From: Eledone cirrhosa
Lineage: Eukaryota
Assembly (NCBI GenBank): GCA_964016885.1
Contig: OZ024743.1
Span: forward strand, 279,372,001 to 279,436,000
DNA: 64,000 nucleotides
Direction: 5' to 3'
The first letter of the stretch is position 1; every line of letters begins with the position of its first letter. The notes beneath the pieces are model-generated. The model saw nothing but the letters and a program-made list of their open reading frames with translations. It was not told the DNA's origin and made no database searches. Position numbers and translations under genes: made by a program. Shown here piece by piece: positions 26,565-41,578 of the stretch.

Positions 26565-28290
26565 TTGGCTAGGGTACTAGCAAAGAGGTTGGCGCTTATC
26601 GTTGGTCGTCTGTTGGGAGACGCGCAAATATGCACCATTCCAGAGAGATCTATCCACGACAACCTCCACCACATGCAATATATTGTAGAGAATGTTGCTA
26701 GGGAACCTGGCATGGGTGGGTCTTTGATCAATTTAGATCAGTCAAAAGCTTTCGATATGGTCGACCATCGTTATCTGGCGGCAGTCCTAAGATCAGCTGG
26801 CTTTGGGCCTGTCTTCAGTGGCTGGATTGCTGCGACATCTGCTCTATGGTGGGAGTGAGCGGTCACCTTTCGGAACCGTTCAACATCATGCGCTCGATCC
26901 GCCAAGGATGTCCTCTCTCGTCCTTGCTGTACGTATTGACTCTCGAGCCATTACTGCGCAAACTGTAGACGTTGAGGGGGATCCCACGCAAACTAGGATG
27001 CGGAAGGACCGTCTCAGCATATGCAGACGACGTCACCGTAGTGGTCTCGAACGCCAAACACATCGAGGCGACGGCACCACACTAAGAGAATACGAGGTAG
27101 TGACAGGAGAAATGATCAACCAGGAAAATCAGTAGGGCTGCAACACGGCACATGGAGAGGCAGGTCAATGCCGTCCAACAGCGTTGTCGGGCGCTGGACC
27201 GGTTAAATTGCTTGGGGTCTGGTTTCCATCCGGACCTCCAGATGGACAAAAACTGGGAGGAGGTCACGAGCAAGGTGGCTTCTCTCACCCAGAAATGGGC
27301 CTAGAGGAAGCTATCCCTGAAAGGTCAAGCGGAGGCGGTGAATGCGTACATCACGTCCGTCATCTACTACCGCCTGATCGTCGTGCTTGTCCTAAGCCTC
27401 GCCCAACTGCACTGGGGATTTTGCTTTTTCGCTTTTTGTGGAAGGGACGTGCTCCGATGGTCAGGATGTCCATCTGCTGTCAACATCTGCTACGCGAATG
27501 GCTGGGCGTGCCGTGGCTGATGATGCGCAGACATGCGCCCAGGCTACGAAATCTCCACCTCTTCCTCGACGGTGATCAGGTGTGGTCGCCCTTTGCTAGA
27601 CACATGTTTCCCCAGCTTGTCTCCTTGGCGGAGCTGCAGTACTGGGTCAAGCGAAAACCGAGAGGATGCGCTTGGAGATTGGAATGTCTTCAGGCGCTTA
27701 CAGCCCTCGACCAGTCGAGCAATACAATCGCTGGAAATTCCACTTTGGCGTTCTATAGAAGGTTAGTGGAGGGAAAGAGCAACGACCCCTTGGGGAGACT
27801 CTAGGTGTCGACGAAAACCAACTAACCAATCTCTTCGGGAGAAATTTAGGGCCGGGGCCCATGGACAACTTCCAGAAATCCCTCGCCTGACAGTGCTACC
27901 GAGGAGACTTGCCAGTTCGGGATAAACTCTACAGGTATGGTAGTGCCGTCAGCCAGGCCTGTCCGAGATGCGCGCGGGGCGATGAAATCGTTCTGTACGC
28001 ACTCGTCCAGTTTCCGAGCATTGCTGATTTGTGGGTTTATGCCGAACACCTGTTGTCACGTGTAGAACGGATGTGGCTATCAGCTGAGTCCATCGTGAAA
28101 ATTGCTCCGCCGCCTTCCTTTAACTGAAAATGGCAGGCAGTTTTTATCTGCCTGGTGGCCATGGTAAAATAGATTGTATGGTGGACACGTGTGAAAGGGT
28201 TGAAGACAGGTACTTTCCTCTTTGGTCACGCCCTCATTAATCTTTTCAGGTTTCACCTTAAAAGGAAAATCATGGTAGAGTCTTTCACAT
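26565..28290 (+). pseudogene. Tx1/L1-like LINE ORF2 remnant (RT + C-terminal zinc knuckle)
   Basis: QICTIPERSIHDN, LDQSKAFDMVDH, SIRQGCPLSSLLYVLTLEP, AYADDVTV, VKLLGVWF, LPVRDKL..CPRC. Confidence 0.88.
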
Positions 28291-29826
28291 GATGTTCCAG
28301 TCTCCTTTTCACCGTTATTCGAACTGTCTAGGTTCGACATTTAAACACTCATATCGAGGATTGGTAAATTTATGGTTACATAACCACCGGTGTTTTTAGC
28401 GTGGCACCATCACGTTGTAGACGAAAATAAATGAATAAATAAATAAATAAATAAATAAATAAATAGAAATAAAAACATTAAAAAAAAAAAAAGTTTCATT
28501 GTAAGGTTTGAATGTGGGACTTTGTTTTATTCTCTTTTTGTTTTTGAAGGACCGTAACATTGGTTACTAGTGTTGTTGTTGCTGCTGCTGCTGTTTTTTG
28601 ATTTTAGCTACGCTAAGCTCGTAGTCATAGCAAAGAGAGAGGTAGGGATGTTGCGTCCAAAACTTTTGAAATTTGTTTTTCATTTGATGTTGCGTTTGTT
28701 TTTGTCTGTGTTCGGTTCTGTAATTTTTCGACTTAGTTCAAATCCCGCCGAGGTTAACTTTGCCTTTCATCCTTACGGGGGTCGATAAAATAAAGCACCA
28801 GTAATGCACTGGGTAATTGCTGGCCTTGTGCCTATAGTAGAACATTATTATCATTGTAATCCTTCCGGGATCGATAGAATAAAGTAGCAGTCTAATATTC
28901 GGGTTGTTATAATCGACTTTCCTTTTCATTCCACCAAAATTCTGAACTTGTACTTAAATTAGTATCCATTGATATTAATATTGTAATATTTTTGTTTCTA
29001 CTTTTTATGTAAGAGATCATTATTACTTTTTTATGTAAGAAACTTTTATTAACATTATTCATGTTAGTGTTGTTTTGTTTAGGTTCCTGGTATAATTCTT
29101 TAACATAAATCTAATTTTGCAGAAGTTCCATTTTTTTTTTTTTACCTTCTCGAACAAAGTGAAATTTATTGCCATTCAATAAAACTTCTTACAAAGATCA
29201 CCCAACGGATATGAAAAATGAAATTAATGAAAAACAAGAAAATAAACAAATCAATTTTAAACAAACAACAACAAAAAAAAACACCAAAGTAATCACCTAA
29301 ATATTGATTTGTTGTAGAGAACGTTACGATGGCAGCGAACCGGAACTTTATTCATTTCGTATGTTGGTCGGAAGAGAAATGTGAAACAATACTCAAGGCA
29401 ATTGTTTCTCCACTCCTTGACTGGTGAGATGTTTACGGCAGATATTCAGACTAGACACCTGCATTAAGACAAACACGGATGTCACTTGGGTCGCTTTTTA
29501 AGGGATTACGTTTTTGAAAATATTTGGCATGGTGTCTGGATTAAGGAAACCTTTCTTTTAACTAAGCAATGGTTGTTTAAAACTCGATCGACAGTGATTG
29601 AGCAATATTTTGATACAGTCGCGTTCATTACGGCCTTTGTTGTTACATATATGACCACGTCATCAAATGTTTCTTTCCAGTTACTAACACGGTTGAGGGT
29701 GATTTGATAGAGGCTTGTCTCCTATTTCTGGCACGACGAGATTCACTTGTTAATTCATGCAGGTAAATATAAGTATAATATAAAAAATACATACATCCCC
29801 ATATATATATACATACATACATACAT

Positions 29827-29928
<102 letters not shown>

Positions 29929-29993
29929 TATGAAGAGAGAAGAAACATTTAGATATAATTAGTAATAAAATGTATCATACCTAAACTGCTCCT

Positions 29994-30092
29994 AGATTCC
30001 TCGACTACGTAGTTTCGTGGCATAAACAAAAACAATACATCATAAAGATATAGAGTCCTTGCGAGGTCTGCCGACTTATCAAGAGGATACCT
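29994..30092 (-). ncRNA. Inverted copy of the 31026-31124 HHR
   Basis: Reverse complement in the left arm of the fold-back. Confidence 0.78.
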
Positions 30093-31025
30093 CATTTTAC
30101 TAGTCTCAAGAACGCGTCTACACGACGTGAGAAAGAATCCCAAAAGGCGGAGGGGGAGATAGTCACGCGATATAACGGTCGAGAACCAGAGCTAAGCCTC
30201 TTATAACCCCGAAGAAAATACCACGGAGGCGGAGGGGGTATTTATATCGAAGCCGTAGAAGAGGTGGTGAAGGAGGCGAGAAGTATGAGTAATGGAAGCT
30301 TTCCAGCAGTCCCCACACTTCAAAGATTGCTCGACCAGAGGGAGTTATTAACAATATATTTAGAAACACACAGATACATGCGGACACACACATATATACA
30401 TGAATGCATCCGCACCCAACCGTGAGTTAAGGGTGCCAACTTCACCGATGTTGCTCAATGGAGGACTGGGACAGACCAATCCGGTTGAACTAGACTGAAC
30501 CAGTATCAGAGTTAAAAATACATTATGAAGAGAGAAGAAACATTTAGATATAATTAGTAATAAAATATATCTAAATGTTTCTTCTCTCTTCATGATGTAT
30601 TTTGAACTCTGATACTGGTTCAGTCTAGTTCAACCGGATTGGTCTGTCCCAGTCATTCATTGAGCAACATCGGTGAAGTTGGCACCCTTAACTCACGGTT
30701 GGGTGCGGATGCATTCATGTATATATGTGTGTGTCCGCATGTATCTGTGTGTTTCTAAATATATTGTTAATAACTCCCTCTGGTCGAGCAATCTTTGAAG
30801 TGTGGGGACTGCTGGAAAGCTTCCATTACTCATACTTCTCGCCTCCTTCACCACCTCTTCTACGGCTTCGATATAAATACCCCCTCCGCCTCCGTGGTAT
30901 TTTCTTCGGGGTTATAAGAGGCTTAGCTCTGGTTCTCGACCGTTATATCGCGTGACTATCTCCCCCTCCGCCTTTTGGGATTCTTTCTCACGTCGTGTAG
31001 ACGCGTTCTTGAGACTAGTAAAATG

Positions 31026-31124
31026 AGGTATCCTCTTGATAAGTCGGCAGACCTCGCAAGGACTCTATATCTTTATGATGTATTGTTTTTGTTTATGCCA
31101 CGAAACTACGTAGTCGAGGAATCT
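31026..31124 (+). ncRNA. Type I HHR, U3-A8 variant with a ~45-nt stem II insertion
   Basis: aggt a tcctc TTGATAA gtcggca [insert] tgccac GAAA ctacgtag TC gagga atct; 10-nt palindrome ACTACGTAGT; GUC cleavage triplet. Confidence 0.78.
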
Positions 31125-31357
31125 AGGAGCAGTTTAGGTATGATATATTTTATTACTAATTATATCTAAATGTTTCTTCTCTCTTCATAATGTATTTTTA
31201 ACTCTGATACTGGTTCAGTCTAGTTCAACCGGATTGGTCTGTCCCAGTCATTCATTGAGCAACATCGGTGAAGTTGGCACCCTTAACTCACGGTTGGGTG
31301 CGGATGCATTCATGTATATATGTGTGTGTCCGCATGTATCTGTGTGTTTCTAAATAT

Positions 31358-31394
<37 letters not shown>

Positions 31395-31623
31395 CCATAT
31401 ATATATAACGAAGGAGTTGTGGTAAGGAACCAGATTGACCATAACGCACCAGAGTACTCAATACTTAGGGTAGTATGAAAAAAGTCAGGACCCAGACGGC
31501 TAAGCTCCGGCCTTTTCGCCAGTTAGAACCGAACTAAGCCATGCACACACACACACACACACACACACACAGATACATATGTGTGTATGTGTGTGTGTGT
31601 GTGTGTATGTGTGTGTGTGATAG

Positions 31624-31664
<41 letters not shown>

Positions 31665-31836
31665 TAGAGAGTGAGACCCGTGTTCAAGCGGGAGTAACTA
31701 CAGTTAGTAAGGTACTCAAAATATAAATATAGTGTAAACATTAAGTTTAATATGGAAATGGCTTCTACAGAAGTTGAAGTGATGATTCCTTTTGATTGAA
31801 ACAGTTCTAGTCCTGCAGAAACCATTTCTCTCTTAA

Positions 31837-31889
<53 letters not shown>

Positions 31890-31928
31890 AAACGAAAAAT
31901 CAGTGATGCATCTGGACTCAGTTTATTG

Positions 31929-32018
31929 TGTGTTACAATTGTTTCGCCGGCAAATAGCTCGAGACACGATCATTGTATGGATGTGTCTGATTCTAGATCT
32001 GCGGGTTCTTCGGACACA
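31929..32018 (-). ncRNA. Type I HHR, C4 core variant, long stem II
   Basis: tgtgt CCGAAGA a cccgcag..agacac..gtgtct..ttgccgg c GAAA caattg TA acaca. Confidence 0.68.
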
Positions 32019-32143
32019 TACATGATTTTTCGTTTTATATTATATCACACTCTGCTCTGTAAGAACATAGAGTGCTCAACTGGCACACCGCCTATGGAAG
32101 CATCATAGGTACCATTAAACACGCATATATATATATATATATA

Positions 32144-33059
32144 CTAGCATTAAAGCCCGGCGTTGCTGGGGGTCAGTAAGTTACCAAAGTTAGGTTGCCC
32201 CACTCATTTTATGGCACCACCTTTTTGTCTGCCAGGCACTGGGTGAATGAATTACAGACCTGGACTGCCGAAGCAGGAGCTGCGCCAGCAGTGACAATTG
32301 TAGTTTCACCTATGGATATTATCTCTGTGCAAAGAAGTGTTGAAATTTATTGTTTCGCAGTACTTGCGCAACACGCGCGTAGACGATGCCAGCCGAACAA
32401 CAGAGCTGCGATGGAGTTGTTCTGCATGGTTGTCTAATGTGTTTTCTAAATTTAAGACAGTAGGGAGGGGTGTGATATAGGGGAGAGTTAGCTGCTGTTT
32501 CTAGCAGGTTTAGTGACCTCGTAGAGGATATTATTGTGTATAGTAAATAAACTGATACTTCTTTCTTCCACGTTCGTTTTAAAAAAGATTTATCGCTATT
32601 TTTGTTGTTGTTGAATAAATTTATCTGTTGCTTTTGAATAATTGTCGTTTCGTATGAAATGTAATTGAAGTAAATAAATGTTTGACCGTTCCACACTCAA
32701 AAACAAACGTTCTCTCTCTCTCTCTCTCTCTCCCTCCCACTCTCTTCTCTCTCTCTCTTCGGCGTTCCTAAAGGAAGTTTGTAAGCATGTATGTAGTTTT
32801 ATCGAATTTGAAGGGGAGTAGAGAGAGGTAAGCAGATTCTATCAGAGGGGTAAAGCGTCATGTATTTAATTTTATTGATTATTTCCATAATTATGGGTGA
32901 GTTTGAATGAAATAAACAGTCGGTGACCTAAGTTAGACCATCTACAACATTCTCACAGACGTTGAGTCGATTCCGTTTGAAATTGTGCAAATGTATAAAC
33001 ATGGAACATGTGCACACACACACACACAACAACAACTATCTGCCTTTTATAGATAATGA
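32144..33059 (-). mobile_element. Non-autonomous Helitron
   Basis: Minus strand starts A^TC(ATTATCTATAAAAGG) and ends with a GC hairpin (CCCAGCAACGCCGGG) followed by CTAG^T; inserted at AT with no TSD. Confidence 0.72.
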
Positions 33060-33111
33060 TATATATATATATATAAAATTAACTTAATTAAATTAAATTA
33101 AGGGAGTCATG

Positions 33112-33176
<65 letters not shown>

Positions 33177-33260
33177 CCGTTAGGCACGTGCTAACTTCAT
33201 TCCTTTTGAACGTTTTACTGGCGGCGATGGCTTTGGAAGAAAATCGGTCGTAATTAAAGG

Positions 33261-33358
33261 AGCCCCGTGATAAGCTTGACGCCTCATGGATAATGTACAT
33301 GTGCAGCGATCATGCACACTTCCACTTAGTACAAGCGAAACTGCCGGCAGCTGGGGCT
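33261..33358 (+). ncRNA. Degenerate type I HHR
   Basis: agcccc GTGATAA gcttg [insert] caagc GAAA ctgccggcag CT ggggct; all three stems intact, two core mismatches. Confidence 0.55.
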
Positions 33359-33738
33359 AGAGGAATATGGATTATTTCTTCAAACTTACATTTTAAACGT
33401 AGCTCCGTTTAATTGATTATTTATTTAGTTAATTTCTCCGAACTAATTCTATGTGTATATTCTTCACTGTAAAGATTACTCGTGACCTCTACTTGGATTA
33501 CCTTAAACGATACCTCGTTTACTTAAATACATATATATATATATATATATTGAAAATAGGAAAAGAGTCAGGACCCCGACGGCTGAGCTAGATCAGAACT
33601 GTTCAGATCTAGCTGTCGAAACGGCCGGAGCTCAGCCGTCGGGATCCTGACTCTTTTCCTATTTCCCACTCTACTACCCTAAGTTTCAAGTACTCTGGTG
33701 CGTTATGGTCCACCTGGTACTTACCATACCCTCTTTGT

Positions 33739-33892
<154 letters not shown>

Positions 33893-35595
33893 AAAGTGTT
33901 GAAGTATGTTTGAAGCAAAAGTAAATAGTAAATAGCAATAATAAACATAGTCGTTTTGGAACCCTCAACAATGCAGATGAGTAAATCTCCGGGTAAAATA
34001 TCAGGTGCTATTGAGAGAGAGATGTAAGTGGAAGCGTAGAATGAGACATAGAGAGCGTAAAAGAACGTAGGAAAAGTGTAAAGAATAACAACACGAAATA
34101 GAATTACCTTGGAAGTGATTTACTTGTCCCTATATTTAGGATTTCGCATCCATTAACAGGGGGCTTTTCCGAGGGGAAGAAGTTGTGTCGTTGTTTATCG
34201 TGTATGTACAACTGAAATACTCTATCGAGCGCCTATGCGCGCGGAATTATTGCGGTCAGATATAGTTCGCAGCAGTTATTTTATACTAGAGAAGTGGAAC
34301 TCTCAATTAAACCGTGCGAAGCCATTTTGTTGGTTTGAGAACTGGTGAGGGTTGAGATCTGTGTGTGTAAATTTGTCTTGTACATTGACTTTCTTTATTT
34401 TCTTCTACCAGCCACTTTTGTGCGCCAGCGCATTTCTGCTTGTGCCCCTCCTTTTTCAGTCTTTTCTAAAATTCATGTGCCTGTCACCTGCTTTGTGGAT
34501 TGTCTCTCTGTTGATTACTGGCTGCTGGTCTCTGTCCTATGAGGCATTTTGCCGCCCATCGCTGTCTTTGAGAGCATTTAGCTGTTTAAACTGCTATTCT
34601 AGTGATGAGATTTTCTCATTTATAACTGTATTCAAGCACACTCTCGCTTCGTCTCGACAGAAACCACATTGTTTTAACCATATATTTATAATTAAAAAAG
34701 GCTTTATGAGGAAGTCCAGTAAGCTGCTTAGTCTGCCTTCTTCACACACAGAGCCTGCTATAATTTGTATAAACTTTAAATCGCCTAAAGGTGGTAACTC
34801 GATGCATATGTAGTATATATGTATATGAGTATAAATGTGTGTATTTACGTATACATGTATATCATTAAGGAAAAAATCAAAAGAACATATTCAAATACTG
34901 TTTCAGCAGTTATTGGGAAACATTGCTCTTTTGTGTTTAATGGTTTGGCATTTAAAATGCGTTCTAAAATATGCTAATTTTCATTTCAACTCAATTGTCT
35001 GAATGTTTTCCCAAATCTATCATGAGAATTTTAGCGAAGAATAATGAGTTTTTAGGAACATTAATTTCAGAAAGTTAACGTTAAATATGTTTGAGTGTAG
35101 TTATTTCGATACTTACACTGAAAACTCATTACAAATATGATATACCTTGATATGTTGATAACGAACTCTCTAACCTACTGAAAACATGTTTCTCTGTTTT
35201 CGTGTTGTCTAATTTGATGACTTTTATCATCATGATTTAATTTCGCAAGAAATATCTAAAATCGAATGTATATCGTATCTTTCGTAGTGGACCGACCGTT
35301 GATAAAATTTGCAGTAATCAAGTAAAGGCTTTAATTTTAATGTAAAGCAGTGTTAGAGCTGTTTTTTTTCAAATTTTATGAATGTGTTGATAATGTAGTT
35401 ACTTGAGGTACAAGATTATTCGAGTTAAACTAACTAACACATTGAAAAGTTAAAAACTGTTCATAGCATTTTCTTAAATGTTATGTTTTCGTCAATTCCT
35501 ACGCATGCATACGAACGTACATATTCACATTCTTATGCCCATAAACAGAAATTACACATAGATACATACTTACGCATACATACATACATACATTC

Positions 35596-36883
35596 ACTTG
35601 AAACGTAAGCAGGGAGGCAGAGGCCTAACATCAGTCCAGACAACATTTGAATGTCGCATCATATCTCTCCAACAACATCTACGAACCTCGAAGCGTAGGA
35701 ACCCGTTTCTCGAGCAAGTCTATCTGCATGAAACAGATAAGACCATGTGAGTTGGGAAGGAACTCCTTGAGAGATATTCCCTGTGTGATAATCAAAAACT
35801 CACACCCAGGCAAGTCGCTCAGTAGTATCGCAGTGAATCCATGGATGAAAAACTACATACTTATCAGCAAAAGATCATGCATGGATATGTTGCCAGGAAG
35901 CTCCAGATAATATAGATAAGGAAAGTAGTCTATCTTGGACCAACAACGGCTACATTGGCTCCCACTTTTACAATCCAAGAACAGGAGATGAACACGAAAT
36001 ACCTGATTCACAAAAGAGATAGGGATGCAGGCAAAACACCTAGATGTGAGAACAAGTGCAGATTCTGCAGAAATAACATCGAGGATATCACCCATGTCAT
36101 CAGCAGCTGTCCAAAGATGTCATCGCGGTACTATCTATCTATGAGGCATGATGTAGTGGCCAAAACACTGTACAATGCAGTTCGTAAAAAGGATAGCCCC
36201 AATAATAAACACATTAAAAGCTACAGCAATATGGAAGACATCCATGTACATAATATGAAAGAGTACTGGTGGAATGTTCCAGTAAAAACCCCAATAAAAT
36301 GCAGGCATAACAGACCAGATATTATGATATGGGGCAGGGAGAAGAAAGCATGCACAGTAGTGGAAATTAGCTGCCCGGTAGATGCTAATATAATATCAAA
36401 GATTAGTGAAAAGGAGAATATTTATGCAGAACTGATGAGAAACCTGCAGATACTCCACTCTGATTACACCTTCAGATTTATGCCTGTGATTACTGGAGCA
36501 CTGGAGTATGTTAGTAACTGCCTCAATACAAATCTTGAGAAGCTAGGCTTCACAGGAACAGAAAGAACACAACTAGTTAGGAAATTACAAGTACAATCCA
36601 TTAATGGAACAGTAAAAATATGTAAAACATTCCAAAAATTTTGCATCTAATAACTGCATATACACATGTACAGATGCAAAGCATATAGCATATACACACG
36701 CACACACAACTCAAAACATACACATCCACACATACAATAACATCCATATCTACACATGCATGCATACATACATATCTACCTAGTTGATGTTGTGTAAATT
36801 CTAATGAGAGAGTCTTGTGTCTATGTTAGAAACAGACTCTCTCTCTATTGGTAAAACTTTGTGAAATTATATAACCAGAAGAA
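35596..36883 (+). mobile_element. 5'-truncated copy of the same R4/Dong LINE (CCHC + RLE + 3'UTR), inserted in (CATA)n
   Basis: Closely matches 15667-16964. ORF 35955-36650 has CRFC..HVISSC, RHDVV, RPDIMIW. (CATA)n on both sides. Confidence 0.93.
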
Positions 36884-39234
36884 CATACATACATACATAC
36901 ATAAAATAACTTATTCTTTACATAAAGAAAATGCAATATCAGTGATGTTATACTGAGAATGCGAAAGAAAACCCCCAGGATTATTCTATACCGATTAGAC
37001 CGGCATGGACAGAGGTCTCATAAAACTCTCAGTGTCGAGAGATTATTGGGTTAGAGGGAAGATGATATCCGCAAGCCAGAGATCTGGTTCAAATGTTTGC
37101 AATACAGTCGACTCCGCTAAGTATACTGAATGATCAGGTGGTTGAATTGAATTGGATGTTGTTTTAAGCACCAGCATGTAACTGAATTGCCAGCTCCTGA
37201 ACACAATAAAATACCATATATGTATACTTGTAAATATTAGGTGTTTATCTTCTTAATCGCTAACTATGAGGTAAAACCGCAGTTGGGGAAGCATGGGGAG
37301 TATAGCTACACCCGTTACATGACGAAATTCATACAGACAGTGGTGGAGGTCACCAGGGAGGGGTTTCTCCTACAGGAGTGAGAAAGCTCTGGCTTGGATT
37401 GGAATTATAATTAAAATTGAATGGATGAATGTGTAACGCAGATTCTACCGATTTAAGAGCAACCTAAGAAATGTCAAAGCTTAATAACATTTCGATATTT
37501 TTACAAATATTTTGCTTGTGCATAATTACCAGAGTTGGTTGCTTGGGTATTTATTGACCACATGAAATTATTATATATTTATGTTAATTATATATAGTTA
37601 TATAAAGCTGTGATGCTTTTAAATGTCCGTAATACACCTCTCTGAAGTCTGCGCGCTAGATCATTGCCTAATCAGTCTAGTGATAATGCTAAACCTGAGT
37701 GTAACGTTACTTCGCTTTTACAAATATTAGTCGAAATATTGACAAGGTGAAACTAAAAGTAACCGTTCACCATCTAATAAAACGCGTCATCATCAGTAAA
37801 GATACATAGGCAAGAGATTTATTTGATTGCATTCGGAAAGACTCTGAGCTAGAGGCTGAATCTTCGAACATTATGAGGTTTCATACCTGTTTATGATGGT
37901 CTTATGTTCTTTTTAGAAGTGACGTGTGTATATTTACAAGCGCATTCGAAAATATATATTTCTTGTTTTCCACATTATATTTACATACCGGTGTCTTACA
38001 ATTTCAGAGTTTGTGACCAGAGGTAATGTATGAGAATTTGGATTTAGGTTAACTTATTTTGGATAAAATATGCTCTATATCAATAGACTATTTTTGAGAT
38101 GTTTATTGAGCACTCTGAATAGATTTTGCCGCACAGAAACGTATTCTCAATTTATTAATTATACATGTAAACATGTATATGTTTTTGTTCTCATCTCATG
38201 TCTTTAAATAGAGATTGAGGATATATAAGTACCAGGGCAAAATAAGTCCTAGAGTCGATATGATTGCCAAAATCTCTTAAAAGGAGATGTCGCAGCATAG
38301 CTGTAGTCGAATGACCGTAATCAGTAAAGGTTTTAAAACAAAAGATTATGTACATATGTGTGATTATGCATGTAAGAAATATCAATGTATGTATGTATGT
38401 ATGCATGTATGTATGTATATATATATATATATATGCATGTATGTGTGCGCATATGTATGTATATGTATATGTATGTATGTATATATATATATGTATGCAT
38501 GTATGTATGCGTATATGTATGTATGCATGTATATATGTAAGTATTATGTATGTATATATATATATGTGTGTGTGTGTATGTCTGTCTGTCTGTATGAATG
38601 TATGTATGTCTATATGTATGTATGTTTGTGTGTCTGTATATATATGTATGCATGTATGTATAAGTCAATAATGTTGAAGAACGTGCGTATAGACATTCCT
38701 ATCAAGCTTCTAAATACCTATCATGGCCCTGGATTATAATTGGTGTACTGATTGACCTGCTGTGGACCGTGTTACTGTTCCAGATCATTGCATTTGTCAC
38801 TTACACCTCAAGAACGTTAAACACATTCAATACATTTGAATCAAAGGACTTACGCTACCATGACGAATTAACTGTAATATGTATACGTGCGTATGTCTGT
38901 GTTTGTGTATATGTGCGTGCATGTGAGAAAGTGCGTGTGTTTCTGCCTATCAAGAGACAAACGCTGACTCAGCTAAACGTACATACACGAGTGTATATAT
39001 ATATATACACTTACAAACACACACACACACACATATATATATATACATACAAATGCAAACATACATACGTACGTATCGAAACAGATACATTTATGAACAT
39101 TTCTAATTGTGTGTATGTAATGAGAGAGATATATAGCGCGATAGTCCGACTGAAAGATAGATAGTTAGATAAAGAGACAGACAGACAGATAGGTAGATAG
39201 ATAAATAGGTAAATAAGATAAATAGATAGATAAA

Positions 39235-39430
39235 TTTCTTTATTAGCCACAAGGGCACGAAAGAAGGGGACAAATACAAATGGGGAGTTTACATACAGGT
39301 ATATGAAAATAAAACTATTAATAAAATAACAAATAACAATTGAAATCCCCAATAGGGGGGAAGGCGTTTCACAGGGGTTGTACACACCCCGAAAATATGT
39401 ACAACCCTCATCTTCAGGAGCACCAAGAGT
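39235..39430 (-). mobile_element. Probable 3' end of a Tx1-like LINE in a (CTAT)n tract
   Basis: Reverse complement ends GCCCTTGTGGCTAATAAAGAAA followed by tatctatctat, matching the terminus at 26525-26542. Confidence 0.45.
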
Positions 39431-39672
39431 GAGTACTCCCTTCATCTCTTCCTCTTTTTCCTCAACTTACAGGCTTATATAGAGAGATAGATGGAGATAG
39501 AGGCAGACATGTAGACTAACAGGGAGACATATAGATAGATAGATAGATAGAAAGAGAGAGAGAGAGACAGAGAGACAGGGAGAGGAGTGAGTGTGAGATA
39601 TATATATATATACAGGCAGACATGCATACAGACACCAAACAGACATATAGACTAACAGACAGACAGTCAGAC

Positions 39673-39705
<33 letters not shown>

Positions 39706-40472
39706 ATATAGAGAGAGAGATTGCTTATATGTAAGTGCAAAATCATTCATGCGAGTATAAAATCTCTCCGTACATAAGCAGCGTTTCTATCACCAATATT
39801 AACACGAATATACCCCATTCACCTCGACAAATGACATCACCGTATCATCATAACCTATTCTACACCCCAGCTATAGCCATTATGGCTAACATTGCCAGCA
39901 CCATCACAAGCAAGAACACTACCCGCAACTACTGTAATTAATGCATAACTTCTCATAACATTTACATTCTCATCTGCTGTGAGCTTTTCTCTATGGTTTC
40001 TCTAACATGCTGGTCGTGTGTATCAGCTTTTTTCTTTTCTTCTAAGGCATCTCGTCGTGTCTGTAATGGTGGTTAGTTGTGCTAGTGTTAGAGATGATAT
40101 TGGTTGCGGTTAATGGTACTGTTGATGTTGATGTTGATGTTAATGACAGTAGTGAAAGTTTTATTTTTTTCTTCTCTCTGATATGGAATATTTTCTTTCC
40201 TATTTTATTTATACAGTTGCTGTGTGTGTGTTGCATCTCTTTCTGTTCTTTATGGTTTAGATTCCGTTCCATGACTGCTGTTTCGTTCCACTTACTTCAC
40301 TCTTACCATTAGGAAATATTTCAACGACTTCACACTGCTAAAACATTTTCTCTGATGTCAAAAGGACTAATTCCCCATTGATACATGCCATTACAAATGA
40401 ACCTTCAGTTAGAAAATGCAGTAGTCCAAAGTTTAACTACTGCACACGCGCCCGTACACACGCGCACATACT

Positions 40473-40531
<59 letters not shown>

Positions 40532-41508
40532 ATATGTGTGTGTATGTGTGTGTGAATGTTTGCGCGTATAAGATTTTAGTGCGGAATGGATAGTAATCAT
40601 ACTAATCGGTATATTTGAGTATGACAGGTGCTGTTGATACTTTTTTTCTTGATAACTGTCGAGTGAATTTCAATAGTCGCTCTGGTACAGAGGAATTAGC
40701 TGAAAGGACACATGTTCATATCATGGTACCATCAAGGTACTTTAGCCAAGATGCTTATATTGAAATAACTAAGGTAACCAAACTGTAAATAGTTACTTCA
40801 GAGTTTGCGGTGTGATTTTATTTGTAGGTGTGCAGTGTTGAGCAAAGTATTTTGGGGTTTTATAGTCGGAGAGAGGGATTCTCCACTATAATATACAACG
40901 TTGCTAGGGACTAACCCCTTTAACTATGTATGTACCAAGATTCTGTGCATCAGAATTGACTTGGTGAATTGTCGCTAGAAAACCAGCCAACAGTTATCAA
41001 TAAACCATTCTCTACTCTCTCAGTTCAAATCCCATCCAAGTGAACATTGCCTTTTATCCTTTCGCGGTCGATACAAAAGTACCAGTCTAGTATTCGGGTC
41101 GGTTCTTCGTCTAAACATCTATATCTTTTCATCTCTCTCAGTTTCTATCCTTCTCTGGAAGAAATCTGCTGTGTTTAGACCTGGAGATAGATCGGCGCCG
41201 TCAGGCTTAAAATACCCAAGAAACGCTGTATGCCACTACGGAACTCCACGACTCCACCAGGAGGCACTATATCATATATATACTTCTGAGAATATATACT
41301 TCATAGCATTGTCGAAGCATTCTCTATAAATAATAAATATCGAGTGCGAAGCTGAAGCTTTCGAATTTACGAAATGCCGAGGGAATATATTTATAGACCT
41401 AGGAAGTACAAGCACAGAAAATAGCGGGGAGTACAGTAAATTGCTATAAATAGCTGATAAAAATAGGCTAAAGACACATAAAGACGGGGAAAAGAATTTG
41501 ACAGCGGT

Positions 41509-41578
41509 TGCTACGAGGGATTCAAGCTCGTGTTTCTCAGATACTGGCTGAGTGCTCTCCTCATTGAGCTAAGGGACA
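41509..41578 (-). pseudogene. tRNA-like sequence inside an unclassified repeat
   Basis: TAGCTCAATGAGGAGAGCAC TCAG ccagtat CTGA..ACGAG cttgaatcc CTCGT: D, anticodon and T-like arms with a degenerate B box. Confidence 0.45.

Noticed and set aside
30786-30830. Second HHR candidate (CTTTGAAGT..GAAAGCTTC)
   Set aside because: Core and stem II do not fit; a better HHR exists in the same monomer.
30163-31169. Identical 76-aa and near-identical 64-aa ORFs on opposite strands
   Set aside because: A by-product of the DNA palindrome; no recognisable domain.
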